From Planctomycetota bacterium (GTDB lineage: Bacteria; Planctomycetota; GCA-002687715; CAIWVZ01): a stretch of 64,000 nt of DNA. Of this stretch, positions 1 to 8,835 are shown in pieces. The notes beneath the pieces were generated by a model. That model searched no databases. It was not told the origin of the DNA and saw nothing but the letters and a program-made list of their open reading frames with translations. The translations under genes were made by a program, and so were the position numbers. The stretch is from NCBI GenBank assembly GCA_044222185.1, contig JBGANV010000010.1, forward strand, positions 64,001-128,000. The letters run 5' to 3'. Position 1 is the stretch's first letter. Each line of letters starts with the position of its first letter.

Positions 1-2
1 TC

Positions 3-1739
3 CTGGACTCGTCGACGCCGCAGGACCCACGACCGTCGTTCTCCGCCGAGGTGATCACCTTCGTGCGCGACGAGCTGGCGAAGACGCCGCTCGCCACGCC
101 GCTCGTGCTGGCGTTCCATCATCCGCCGGACGGAACCGAGTTCGCGAGCCCGCATGACCATCGGCGGCTCTTCGATCTGCTCGAAGGCCGACCCGTGCTC
201 GCGATCCTCGCCGGACACGGACACACGGTGTGGCACCGGGTCATCGACGGCGTCGACACGGTGGGCGGCGGATCCACGTTCCCGAAGAGCGGCACGAATC
301 GCGGGTTCAACGTCGTCGCGGTCAAGGACGGGACGCTGCGCGTCGCGTTCGCCGAATTCGACAAGAAGGGCGCATTCCGACCGGTGCTCGAGAAGAGGAT
401 CGACGGCGTGCTTCGCAACCCGCTCGCGATCGACGCGCCGCGTCCGGACGAGTCGTTCGAGCGCGAGGCGATCACGGTGCGTGCGACGGTTCGGACGGAT
501 GCGGTGTCGCTCGATGCGACGGCGCAGATCTCCGGCCGCGGCGAGCCCGTGCCGCTGCGGGTCCACGCCGGGCGAGGCGAGGCGACCCTCGAGGGGACGT
601 TGCCGATCACTGGCGTTCCAGCGGGTGAAGCCGTCGTCGTCGTCACGGTCAAGCTTGGCGGTGAGGCCGTCTGGATTCGAACGGCAGCCGTCCTCGTGGC
701 CGCCCGCGACGCGGCGCTGCGTCGCCGCTTCCGCGTGGAGCTGCCGGGGAGCGTGCGTGCCCTGCGGCTGTTCGGCGACGTTCTGCTCGTCGGGTGCGGC
801 GACGGCACGCTGCACGGCCTCTCGCCGCGCGACGGTCATCGCGTCTTCGCGGTGCGGACCGGGGGCGAGATCCTCAGCCGACCGCTCGTCCTGGGCGTGC
901 GCGCGTACTTCGCGTCGGGGGACGGCAAGGCGCGCGCCATCGACGCCCGTGGCGGCGTCGCCTGGGAGACCGACCTCGGTGCCCCGGCGTACGCCGAGCC
1001 CGTGATGGTGGGTGGCCTCGTGATCTTCGCGACGAACGCGGGGATGCTGCATGCTCTGGATCCCGCGACGGGCACGGTGGCGTGGTCGCTCGCCGCCGCG
1101 AAGTACGCCATCGAGGCCGCGCCGGCCACCGACGGGACGCGGCTCGTCTTCGGGGCGTGGGACGAGCTCGTCCATTCGTATCTGCCCGACGGCAACGAGT
1201 GGAGCCGAGGCCTGCGCCTCGAGTGGGCGCACCCGAGTGCTGGTGCGGCCGTCGGAGCGCCGGGGGTCCGCCGCTACTACAGCCCGGCGGATGCCGCGCC
1301 GGCCATCGTCGGCGACCTCGTCTACGTGGCGGATCGCGCCTACCAGCTCACGGTGATGAACAAGCGGACCGGCGAGCGGCTCGCGCAGCACAAGGACGTC
1401 TCGGCGGTCGTCCCGGCTCGCGACGGGCGGCACGCGGTCGCCCGGGGCACCGACGACACGCTCCGTCTCGTCGACCGCGGCGAAGTGACGTGGAGCGTGC
1501 GGGCCGAGACGGGCGTCGCACCCATACCGCCCGTCTTCGTTCCGGGGTCCGACCGCATCCTCGTGCTGAGCAACCGCGGGGTCGTCACGCTCGTGGCGCC
1601 GCACGACGACAAGCCCGTCGCCGTGCGATCGGTCGCGGCGGGAAGCTTCACGTTGGCGACGCCCGAAGCCACGTCCGACGCCGTCTTCGTCGGAGCGCTC
1701 GACGGGAGCCTCACGGGGTTGGAGCTTCCGAAGGAGTGA
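3..1739 (+). CDS. Calcineurin-like metallophosphoesterase (C-terminal part) + Ig-like domain + PQQ-like/BamB-type beta-propeller repeats; 5'-truncated by the window edge
   Basis: Frame is open from position 3. Metallophosphoesterase motifs LAFHHP and LAGHGH, followed by repeated propeller motifs (GCGDGTLHGL, ASGDGKARAID, TNAGMLHALDPATG, GALDGSL). Confidence 0.7.
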   Translation: MDSSTPQDPRPSFSAEVITFVRDELAKTPLATPLVLAFHHPPDGTEFASPHDHRRLFDLLEGRPVLAILAGHGHTVWHRVIDGVDTVGGGSTFPKSGTNRGFNVVAVKDGTLRVAFAEFDKKGAFRPVLEKRIDGVLRNPLAIDAPRPDESFEREAITVRATVRTDAVSLDATAQISGRGEPVPLRVHAGRGEATLEGTLPITGVPAGEAVVVVTVKLGGEAVWIRTAAVLVAARDAALRRRFRVELPGSVRALRLFGDVLLVGCGDGTLHGLSPRDGHRVFAVRTGGEILSRPLVLGVRAYFASGDGKARAIDARGGVAWETDLGAPAYAEPVMVGGLVIFATNAGMLHALDPATGTVAWSLAAAKYAIEAAPATDGTRLVFGAWDELVHSYLPDGNEWSRGLRLEWAHPSAGAAVGAPGVRRYYSPADAAPAIVGDLVYVADRAYQLTVMNKRTGERLAQHKDVSAVVPARDGRHAVARGTDDTLRLVDRGEVTWSVRAETGVAPIPPVFVPGSDRILVLSNRGVVTLVAPHDDKPVAVRSVAAGSFTLATPEATSDAVFVGALDGSLTGLELPKE

Positions 1740-1741
1740 CG

Positions 1742-3592
1742 ATGGGAATTCCTCGCGGTCTTCTCGTCGCCCTCGTGTGCGTCTCGGCTGCCATGGCCCA
1801 ATCCCGCCCGGCGGGTCTCGAGCGGATCTACGTCGTCCCCGCGAGCCATTGCGACGTCGGGTTCACGGATACCCCGAGCCGGGTGGCGGCGAAGCGGCTC
1901 GCGACCATCGAGGCGGCCGTGGACGCAGCCGATTCGGACCCGGCGTTCCGTTGGACGCTCGAGGTCGGGTGGGACGCGGATCTGTTCCTCGACGCTCACG
2001 GCGTGCGAGACCCGCTACGCGACCGATTGCGCGCCGCCGTCGGCCGCGGGCAGATCTCCGTCGGCGCGCTCTACGTCAACGCTCACATGTTTCTCATGGG
2101 GCCGTTGCTTGCCGAGGTCGCCTGTCATCTCGAACGGTGCGAGCGTGAACTCGGCATGCGTCCGACGGTGGCGATCCTCGACGACGTGCCGCGCGCGCCG
2201 CGACGCCTCGTCGACGTGCTGGCCAGGCGGGGCGTGAAGGCGCTCCTGTGGGGGCCCAACGACGCCTTCACGACGCCCGCGCCCCTGCCGCGCAACCGAC
2301 CCTTCATCTGGGAGGGGCCGGACGGCGGTCGCGTGGTCACGTACATCTGCGACGGCTCGTACACGAATGCGTTTCAGCGATGGCTCCTCGATCCACCGGT
2401 CGCGCGTCTGTTCGAGGCCGCGGATGCTCGGTCGCGACCCGACGACGCCGAGGCGACCGCCTTCGGCATCGCCCGTGAAGCGAAGGCCTTGCCATCGTGG
2501 TGTTCGATCGCTTGCACGTTGCATGCGTTCGACAACTGGGACGCGGGCGCCGCGCGCCTTCTTCCGAGCCGCGTCGCGCCGTGGAACCGGTTGCGCGGAG
2601 GGACGGGGCCTGCTGCTGGCGGACCCGAGATTCGCGTGGCGACGCCGGAGGACTTCTTCCGCGACGTCGAGCAGCGGTTCCACGATCGACTGGAGGTCGT
2701 GAAGACGGATGTCGGTGGGCATTGGGAGCTGGTTCGGGCCGGTGTGCCCCTGACGACGGCGCGTCTCACCGGATTCGTCGAGCAGTGGGCGCGCGGCTCC
2801 ATCACACTCGACGAGGCCGGGGTCCGTGCGACCGTGCTCGCGTTCGATCACAACCTCGCGGCCGGGCCGCCCTGGCCTGGCATGTTCGACGCCGATGGCG
2901 CCATCGCTCACAACCGCGAGGTCGCCGAGCTCACGTCGAAACCGGCCCGTGCGGCCGGCGTGCCGTGGACCGAGCCGAGCGGCGCGCGGCCAGAGACTGC
3001 CGCGTCGCGTCCCGTGCCGCCGCGACGCATGTCCCCCGCGTGGCTCGACGCGCGGGACGGCCGCGGCGTGGAGCTCCGGGTCGCGCCGTCGTGGCTCGAA
3101 CCGTCGTTCGGCGGGGGAAAGGCGGTCGCGATGCCGGGCGTGTCGACGGTCTCGGGAGCGGGGGGTGTCTCGAACAGCTCGTGCGTCGTCGATCGGGGCC
3201 GGTTCGTCGCTGCGGTCGCCGGCGCGGAGATGGTGGACGCCGGGTGGTACGTCCCGCTGACGTTCGCGACGCCCGATCTGCGCTGGCTCGACCTTCCCGA
3301 GCGTGAGCGGCTGCGGATCGGGCCCGATGCGGCCGTGCTGGTCGTCCAGGGTCGTCCGCGGCTCAGGCTGTCCACGCATCCGGGATTCGCGTGGGCGATC
3401 CAGGATGACCCCGCGCGGCCTGGGCTTGCCGCGCTCTCGGGGCTCGTCGTCCGACACGGGGAGAAGACAACGGGAAAAGACGGCAAACCGGTCGTCTTGA
3501 GCTTCCCGCAGCTTTATCCGGGCGAGCCCCAGACGTTCGACGCGCACCTCGAGATCGTCGATCTCGCCTCGCCCGACTCGCGTCCACGTTGA
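1742..3592 (+). CDS. Secreted glycoside hydrolase family 38 (alpha-mannosidase-like) N-terminal domain protein
   Basis: ATG 2 nt after the upstream stop with an AAGGAG SD. Signal peptide MGIPRGLLVALVCVSAAMA. GH38-like motifs IYVVPASHCDVGF, FRWTLE, ILDDVP, PFIWEGPDG. Real part of ORF 794..3592. Confidence 0.65.
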   Translation: MGIPRGLLVALVCVSAAMAQSRPAGLERIYVVPASHCDVGFTDTPSRVAAKRLATIEAAVDAADSDPAFRWTLEVGWDADLFLDAHGVRDPLRDRLRAAVGRGQISVGALYVNAHMFLMGPLLAEVACHLERCERELGMRPTVAILDDVPRAPRRLVDVLARRGVKALLWGPNDAFTTPAPLPRNRPFIWEGPDGGRVVTYICDGSYTNAFQRWLLDPPVARLFEAADARSRPDDAEATAFGIAREAKALPSWCSIACTLHAFDNWDAGAARLLPSRVAPWNRLRGGTGPAAGGPEIRVATPEDFFRDVEQRFHDRLEVVKTDVGGHWELVRAGVPLTTARLTGFVEQWARGSITLDEAGVRATVLAFDHNLAAGPPWPGMFDADGAIAHNREVAELTSKPARAAGVPWTEPSGARPETAASRPVPPRRMSPAWLDARDGRGVELRVAPSWLEPSFGGGKAVAMPGVSTVSGAGGVSNSSCVVDRGRFVAAVAGAEMVDAGWYVPLTFATPDLRWLDLPERERLRIGPDAAVLVVQGRPRLRLSTHPGFAWAIQDDPARPGLAALSGLVVRHGEKTTGKDGKPVVLSFPQLYPGEPQTFDAHLEIVDLASPDSRPR

Positions 3593-3674
3593 CTGCGGGC
3601 CGGCGTGCGCGTTGGTCGAAGCGAGGGAAGTCCTTCCATGGCGCAGGATCCGTGCGCTACAACCCCACCCAACG

Positions 3675-6600
3675 ATGTCTTCCCGCTTCCTCGAACAGCT
3701 CGAAAAGAAAGTCCTGGTCTTCGACGGTGCCATGGGGACGGCGCTCCACGCCTTCAACCTGCCGCTGTCGGACTATCGCAACCTCGAGAACTGCTCGGAG
3801 GTCCTCTGCGACACGCGCCCGGACGTGGTCCAGGCCGTGCACGAGGGCTATCTCGCAGTCGGAGCCGACGCGGTCGAGACGAACACGTTCGGCGGCGGGC
3901 GGCTCGTTCTCGCCGAATTCGGGTTGGAGTCACGGACTCGTGAACTGAATCGGATGGCGGCTGAAATCGCGCGCGCCGCCGTGCAGAAGCACTCGACGAA
4001 GGATCACCCGCGTTTCGTCGTGGGATCCGTCGGTCCCGGCACGAAGCTGCCCACGCTCGGGCACGTGGAGCCTCGCGTACTTCACGAGTCCTTCCTGGAG
4101 CAGGGCCGTGGGCTGCTCGACGGCGGCGTGGACCTGCTTCTGGTGGAAACCTGCCAGGACCTCCTCCAGGCGAAGATCGCCGTTCAGGCGATGCTCGACG
4201 CCATGGCGGAGTGCGGCCGCAGGGTGCCGCTCATGTGCCAGGTCACCATGGAGACGACCGGCACGATGCTCGTCGGCTCGGAGATCTCGGCGGTCATCGC
4301 GGCGTTCTCCGGCTTCCCGCTGATCGCGCTCGGCTTGAATTGCGCGACCGGGCCTCGCGAGATGACGGAGCACATCTCGGTGTTGAGCTCGAGTTCGCCG
4401 TTCATGATCTCGTGCCTGCCGAACGCGGGATTGCCCGAACTCGTGGACGGCAAGACCCGATACCCGTTGGAGCCCGAAGAGCTGGCGCGCTGGCTCACGC
4501 GGTTCGTCGACGAGTTCGGCGTGCGGATCGTCGGCGGGTGCTGCGGGACGACCTCGCCGCACATCGCGGCCGTCGCTCGGGCGTTGGGATCCCATGCCCC
4601 GGTCCGCAAGACGCCGGTCGTGCGACCGTCGGTGTCGAGCATCTACAAGGCGGAGACGTTGAAGCAGGACACGTCCGTGCTTCTCGTCGGCGAGCGGACG
4701 AACTCCAACGGATCGCGCCAGTTCAAGAAGCTCCTCGAAGCGGGCGACGTGGACGGCATGGTGCGCATGGCCCGCGAACAAGTGGCCGAGGGCAGCCACG
4801 TGCTCGACGTCTGCACGGCTTACGTGGGGCGCGACGAGGTGAAGGACACGGAGAGTGTTCTCCGCCGGTTCCGGACGGACGTGCGCGTTCCGCTCATGAT
4901 CGACTCGACGGAGACGCCCGTCATGGAGCGCGCCCTCGAGATGCTCGGCGGGCGGTGCATCATCAACTCGGTCAACCTCGAGGATGGGGAAGGGCGGTGT
5001 GACCGCGTCTTCGGACTCGTGAAGCGTCACGGCGCAGCCGTGGTCGCGCTCACGATCGACGAGGAAGGCATGGCGAAGACCGCAGATCGCAAGATCGCCA
5101 TCGCCAAACGGCTCTTGAGCATCGCGCAGACTCGTCACGGGCTCCGCGCCCAGGACATCCTCTTCGATCCGCTCACGTTCACCATCTGCACGGGCAACGA
5201 GGACGATCGCAAGCTTGCGCTCGAAACTCTCCGCGGCATCGAAATGATCGCGAAGGAGATTCCGGAGGCCGGCATCCTGCTCGGACTCTCGAACGTGTCG
5301 TTCGGGCTTCGTCCCGCGGCACGGCACATCCTGAACTCCGTGTTCCTCTTCCATGCGCAGGCGGCCGGTCTCACCGCAGCCATCGTCCATGCGGCGAAGA
5401 TCATGCCGCTGAACAAGATCGACCCGCAGCAGCGGCAGGTGGCCGAGGACCTGATCTTCGATCGTCGTCGACCCGGGTATGACCCGCTCCAGGTGCTGAT
5501 CGCGCTGACGCAGGATCTCGCCGAGGAGAAGAAGGTCGATCGCGCGTCGCTTCCGGTCGACGAACGCCTCAAGGCGCGGATCATCGACGGCGACCGCGTG
5601 GGGTTGGGGGACGATCTCACCGAGGCGCTGAAGACTCACACGGCGCTGTCGATCATCAACGAGATCCTCCTGGGTGGAATGAAGGTCGTCGGTGAGCTGT
5701 TCGCGACCGGCGAAATGCAGTTGCCGTTCGTGCTGCAGTCCGCGGAAACGATGAAGGCCGCCGTCGCGTTCCTCGAGCCGCACATGGATCGCGTGCAGGG
5801 CGACAGCAAGGGCCGGATCGTCCTCGCCACGGTGCGCGGCGACGTGCACGACATCGGCAAGAACCTCGTCGACATCATCCTCACGAACAACGGCTACACG
5901 GTGTTCAACCTGGGCATCAAGCAGCCGCTCGAGTCGATCCTCGACGCGTACGACAAACACAAGGCGGATGCCATCGGGATGTCGGGCCTGTTGGTCAAGT
6001 CCACGGTCGTGATGCGTGAGAACCTGGACGAGATGCAGAAGCGGGGCATGAAGGTGCCCGTGATCCTGGGTGGCGCGGCTCTGAACCGGAACTACGTCGA
6101 GGACGACTGCCGGCGGAGCTACGCGGGCCGCGTCGAGTACGCGAAGGACGCCTTCGACGGTCTGCGCCTCATGGAGGACGTTTGCGCGGGCCGCAACGAC
6201 GCGGCCCCGGCGCCGGTCGTTCGTCGCACGGGTCGCGGTGGCGGACGCACCGACTCGACGGGGACGGCTGCCGCGTGCGCGATCGAGGAGTCCCGAGGCG
6301 AGGAGGCGATCCGACGGGACGTGGTCGTTCCCAGACGCCCGCCGTTCGGCGTCCGCGTCATGGAGCACGTGCCGATCAAGACTGTGGCCGCGTATTTGAA
6401 CGAGATCGCGCTCTTCCGCGTCCAGTGGCAGATCCGCCAGAAGAAGATGACGCCGGCCGAGTACGAGGCGTTCCTGGATGCGGAGATGCGGCCCCGGGTG
6501 CGAGCACTGCTCGCGGAGTGTGAGCAGCGCAAGATCCTCACGCCGAGGGCGGTCGTTGGCTACTTCCCGTGCGAGGCCGACGGCGAGTCGCTGCGGGTCT

Positions 6601-7118
6601 ACGACGCGGCGGGTGCCGCGGTCGTCGAGACGTTCCATTTCCCGAGGCAGGTGGGAAAACGCGGGATCTGTCTTTCGGACTACTTCCGCCCGGCCGGCGC
6701 GGGGGAGAAGGACGTCATCGCGTTCACGGCGGTCACGGTGGGTGAGCAGGCCTCGTTGGAGACGGCGCGGCTGTTCCGAGAGGATCGCTACCAGGACTAC
6801 CTCTACCTGCACGGGCTCTCCGTCGAGATGGCGGAGGCGCTGGCCGAATACGTGCACCTGCGCGTGCGAGCCGAGCTCGGGATCGATGCAGAAGACGCGT
6901 CGACCGTGGCCGAGCTCGTGAAACAGCGCTACCGCGGCCGCCGGTATTCGCCCGGCTATCCCGCGTGCCCCGAGCTCTCGGACCAGGAGAAGATCTTCCG
7001 CCTGCTCAACCCCGAGCGCATCGGTCTGCGCCTGAACGAGGAATTCCAGCTCGAACCCGAGCAGAGCACCACCGCGATCGTCGTTCATCACCCGCAGGCG
7101 TCGTACTTCTCGATCTAG
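3675..7118 (+). CDS. metH: Cobalamin-dependent methionine synthase
   Basis: DGAMGT, GLNCATGP and GGCCGT (Zn/homocysteine domain), GERTN pterin domain, GDVHDIGKNLV B12 motif, RYSPGYPACP activation domain. Start set to MSSRFL. Confidence 0.97.
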   Translation: MSSRFLEQLEKKVLVFDGAMGTALHAFNLPLSDYRNLENCSEVLCDTRPDVVQAVHEGYLAVGADAVETNTFGGGRLVLAEFGLESRTRELNRMAAEIARAAVQKHSTKDHPRFVVGSVGPGTKLPTLGHVEPRVLHESFLEQGRGLLDGGVDLLLVETCQDLLQAKIAVQAMLDAMAECGRRVPLMCQVTMETTGTMLVGSEISAVIAAFSGFPLIALGLNCATGPREMTEHISVLSSSSPFMISCLPNAGLPELVDGKTRYPLEPEELARWLTRFVDEFGVRIVGGCCGTTSPHIAAVARALGSHAPVRKTPVVRPSVSSIYKAETLKQDTSVLLVGERTNSNGSRQFKKLLEAGDVDGMVRMAREQVAEGSHVLDVCTAYVGRDEVKDTESVLRRFRTDVRVPLMIDSTETPVMERALEMLGGRCIINSVNLEDGEGRCDRVFGLVKRHGAAVVALTIDEEGMAKTADRKIAIAKRLLSIAQTRHGLRAQDILFDPLTFTICTGNEDDRKLALETLRGIEMIAKEIPEAGILLGLSNVSFGLRPAARHILNSVFLFHAQAAGLTAAIVHAAKIMPLNKIDPQQRQVAEDLIFDRRRPGYDPLQVLIALTQDLAEEKKVDRASLPVDERLKARIIDGDRVGLGDDLTEALKTHTALSIINEILLGGMKVVGELFATGEMQLPFVLQSAETMKAAVAFLEPHMDRVQGDSKGRIVLATVRGDVHDIGKNLVDIILTNNGYTVFNLGIKQPLESILDAYDKHKADAIGMSGLLVKSTVVMRENLDEMQKRGMKVPVILGGAALNRNYVEDDCRRSYAGRVEYAKDAFDGLRLMEDVCAGRNDAAPAPVVRRTGRGGGRTDSTGTAAACAIEESRGEEAIRRDVVVPRRPPFGVRVMEHVPIKTVAAYLNEIALFRVQWQIRQKKMTPAEYEAFLDAEMRPRVRALLAECEQRKILTPRAVVGYFPCEADGESLRVYDAAGAAVVETFHFPRQVGKRGICLSDYFRPAGAGEKDVIAFTAVTVGEQASLETARLFREDRYQDYLYLHGLSVEMAEALAEYVHLRVRAELGIDAEDASTVAELVKQRYRGRRYSPGYPACPELSDQEKIFRLLNPERIGLRLNEEFQLEPEQSTTAIVVHHPQASYFSI

Positions 7119-7169
7119 GCAGGAAACCGTGCGTGCCCGGTGTCACGGGGACCGCGTGTGCGTGATCGC

Positions 7170-7377
7170 GGCAGGGCTGGAGCCCTGCCATCCAGCCATG
7201 CAGAGCATGGCGTTCCGACGGAGCGCCAGGTTGAACCTGGCCGGATCGGCAGCGCTCGAGCGCTGCCGGGAACGTCGTGGGCGCGCGAGACGGTGGCTGT
7301 CGGCGATTGCCGGCAGGGCTGGAGCCGTGCCAACCGGCCATGCAAAGCCTGGCGTTCCGGCGCTGCCGAGAACGTCG
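7170..7377. repeat. Two copies of a REP-like multi-hairpin repeat between convergent metH and msrA
   Basis: Copy 1 at 7170-7277 and copy 2 at 7312-7377 share GGCAGGGCTGGAGCCnTGCCAnCCnGCCATGCAnAGCnTGGCGTTCCG...CGCTGCCGnGAACGTCG. Internal palindromes GGCAGGGCT/AGCCCTGCC, GCCATGC/GCATGGC and CGGCAGCGCTC/GAGCGCTGCCG. Confidence 0.75.
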
Positions 7378-7379
7378 GA

Positions 7380-8060
7380 CTACTTCGGCAGGCCAAGCTT
7401 GTCGAGCTTGGGCGCGATCACGAAGCGACAGTAGCCCTGGGACTTGTTCTGCATGTAGTAGTCGCGGTGGTACTCCTCGGCAGGGTAGAAGATCCCGGCC
7501 TGCGTGATCTCGGTGACGATGGGGGACGCGAAGTGTCCCGAGGCGTTCTCCTCGGCCTTGCTCTTCTCGGCCGCCAGACGTTGCGACTCGGAGTGGTAGT
7601 AGATCGCCGACCGGTACTGGGTGCCCTCATCCGCGCCCTGGCGGTTCAACGTCGTAGGGTCGTGGAGCTTCCAGAACCACGCGAGCAGTTGCTCGTATGA
7701 CAGCCGCTTCGGGTCGAAACGGATCTGAAGGGCCTCGGCATGGCCGGTGTCACCCGTGCAGACCTGCTTGTAGGTCGGTGCGGGGGTCGAGCCTCCGGTG
7801 TAGCCCGGCATGACGGAGATGACGCCGTCGACCTGTTTCAGCACGGCTTCGATGCACCAGAAGCACCCTGCCGCGAGCGTTGCGGTTTCCGATTCAGCAC
7901 TTGAGCGCGAGGCTGCGGCGTCTGTCATGGGGCCGGAACTCCGAGAGGGTGTCGACGGGGCATCGGAGCAGCCGCTGGCGACGATCGCGAGAGCGACGGA
8001 GGTCGCCGCGCTGCGAACGAGCGAGCGGCAAGTTCGGGAGCGTCGTTGGATGTGACTCAT
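7380..8060 (-). CDS. msrA: Peptide-methionine (S)-S-oxide reductase MsrA with a predicted lipoprotein/export signal
   Basis: GCFWC active site, GYTGG, HAEA, HDPT, NRQGAD, AEEYH. N-terminal Arg-rich/hydrophobic segment ending IVASGC (lipobox-like). Start is 8060 or 8066. Confidence 0.93.
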   Translation of the reverse strand: MSHIQRRSRTCRSLVRSAATSVALAIVASGCSDAPSTPSRSSGPMTDAAASRSSAESETATLAAGCFWCIEAVLKQVDGVISVMPGYTGGSTPAPTYKQVCTGDTGHAEALQIRFDPKRLSYEQLLAWFWKLHDPTTLNRQGADEGTQYRSAIYYHSESQRLAAEKSKAEENASGHFASPIVTEITQAGIFYPAEEYHRDYYMQNKSQGYCRFVIAPKLDKLGLPK

Positions 8061-8153
8061 GGGCATGTCGACAGTATCCGATGCCGACGAACGGGTCGGG
8101 GTTCCGCTCCGGTCGGGGTTTCCGCGAGCTCAGCATGCTACGGTCCGCGCACC

Positions 8154-8786
8154 ATGGAACTGCCACTGGAGTCCGAATCCGCCCAGCGCCGCGCCCGAAC
8201 GTTCAATCGCCTGAAATCCGAAGGCGTGACCCCGCCCCGAAACGCCCCGGATGCGTTGACGACGAAGGACCTCGAGCGCCGAAAACCCGCGGACGTCGCG
8301 GATCGCGTTCTTTGTCTCGTCGCCGTCGCGACCAAGGCGTCGGGAGGGTCGACGGAGGACGTGAGCGCGCTCATCGAGCACTTCAAGCTGGCGAAGAAGC
8401 TCACGGCCGCCGAGCGCGCCTACCTGGACTCGGTCGAGGCGGACCCGCAGCTCGCGATCGAGATGACCTGGCGGTGGGAGAGTGCGGCGGCGCTCCTTTG
8501 GACGCTCGGACACCTTTCGGACCTCGGCAGGCCGGATCACGAATGCGAGGTCGCCCTCATCTCTCGCACGATCGAGAAGCTCGGGCGCGAGGGCCTCGCG
8601 AAGCAGGGCAAGTCGCCGCTGACGGTGGAGATCCTCGACGAGTTCGACGCCCAGCTCTGCTACTGCGCCGTCGCGACGTCCGCCATCAACGCGGGCAAGC
8701 GCCCGCCCACGAAGCTGAACGCCGGCGTGATCGACGAGCGGCGCCTCGCCCTGGAATGGGTGCTGACGGACTGCGAGTGGGAGTGA
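8154..8786 (+). CDS. DUF4272-like protein
   Basis: Motifs TWRWESAAALLWTLG and IDERRLALEWVL...W resemble DUF4272 proteins (recognised from memory). Coding-like codon bias from ATG 8154. Confidence 0.65.
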   Translation: MELPLESESAQRRARTFNRLKSEGVTPPRNAPDALTTKDLERRKPADVADRVLCLVAVATKASGGSTEDVSALIEHFKLAKKLTAAERAYLDSVEADPQLAIEMTWRWESAAALLWTLGHLSDLGRPDHECEVALISRTIEKLGREGLAKQGKSPLTVEILDEFDAQLCYCAVATSAINAGKRPPTKLNAGVIDERRLALEWVLTDCEWE

Positions 8787-8835
8787 TCCCCGGGAATCTG
8801 CCGCGCGCGGAGGGCGGCGCGGCGCCCGGCGCGTC

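Noticed and set aside
794-1741. 932-aa fused ORF; likewise upstream extensions of ORFs 14922..16769, 21645..23078, 22472..23962, 26760..29438, 31468..32652 and 59947..61410
   Set aside because: The extensions are alternative-frame read-through over neighbouring genes or intron RNA. True starts were assigned from motifs and overlaps.
3593-3674. SAM or cobalamin riboswitch upstream of metH
   Set aside because: The gap is only about 80 nt and lacks recognisable riboswitch consensus. A -10-like TACAAC lies just 11 nt before the ATG.
3930-7091. 1053-aa minus-strand ORF, and similar long antisense ORFs at 24200-26281, 39539-41257, 42557-46087, 47280-49169 and 53452-54927
   Set aside because: Antisense shadows of metH, mutS2, rpoB, rpoC, fusA and ribosomal genes. 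Strong GC3 bias depletes stops on the opposite strand, and they contain no recognisable motifs.
7170-7377. CRISPR array
   Set aside because: Only two degenerate, unequal copies made of hairpins, with no regular spacers and no cas genes.
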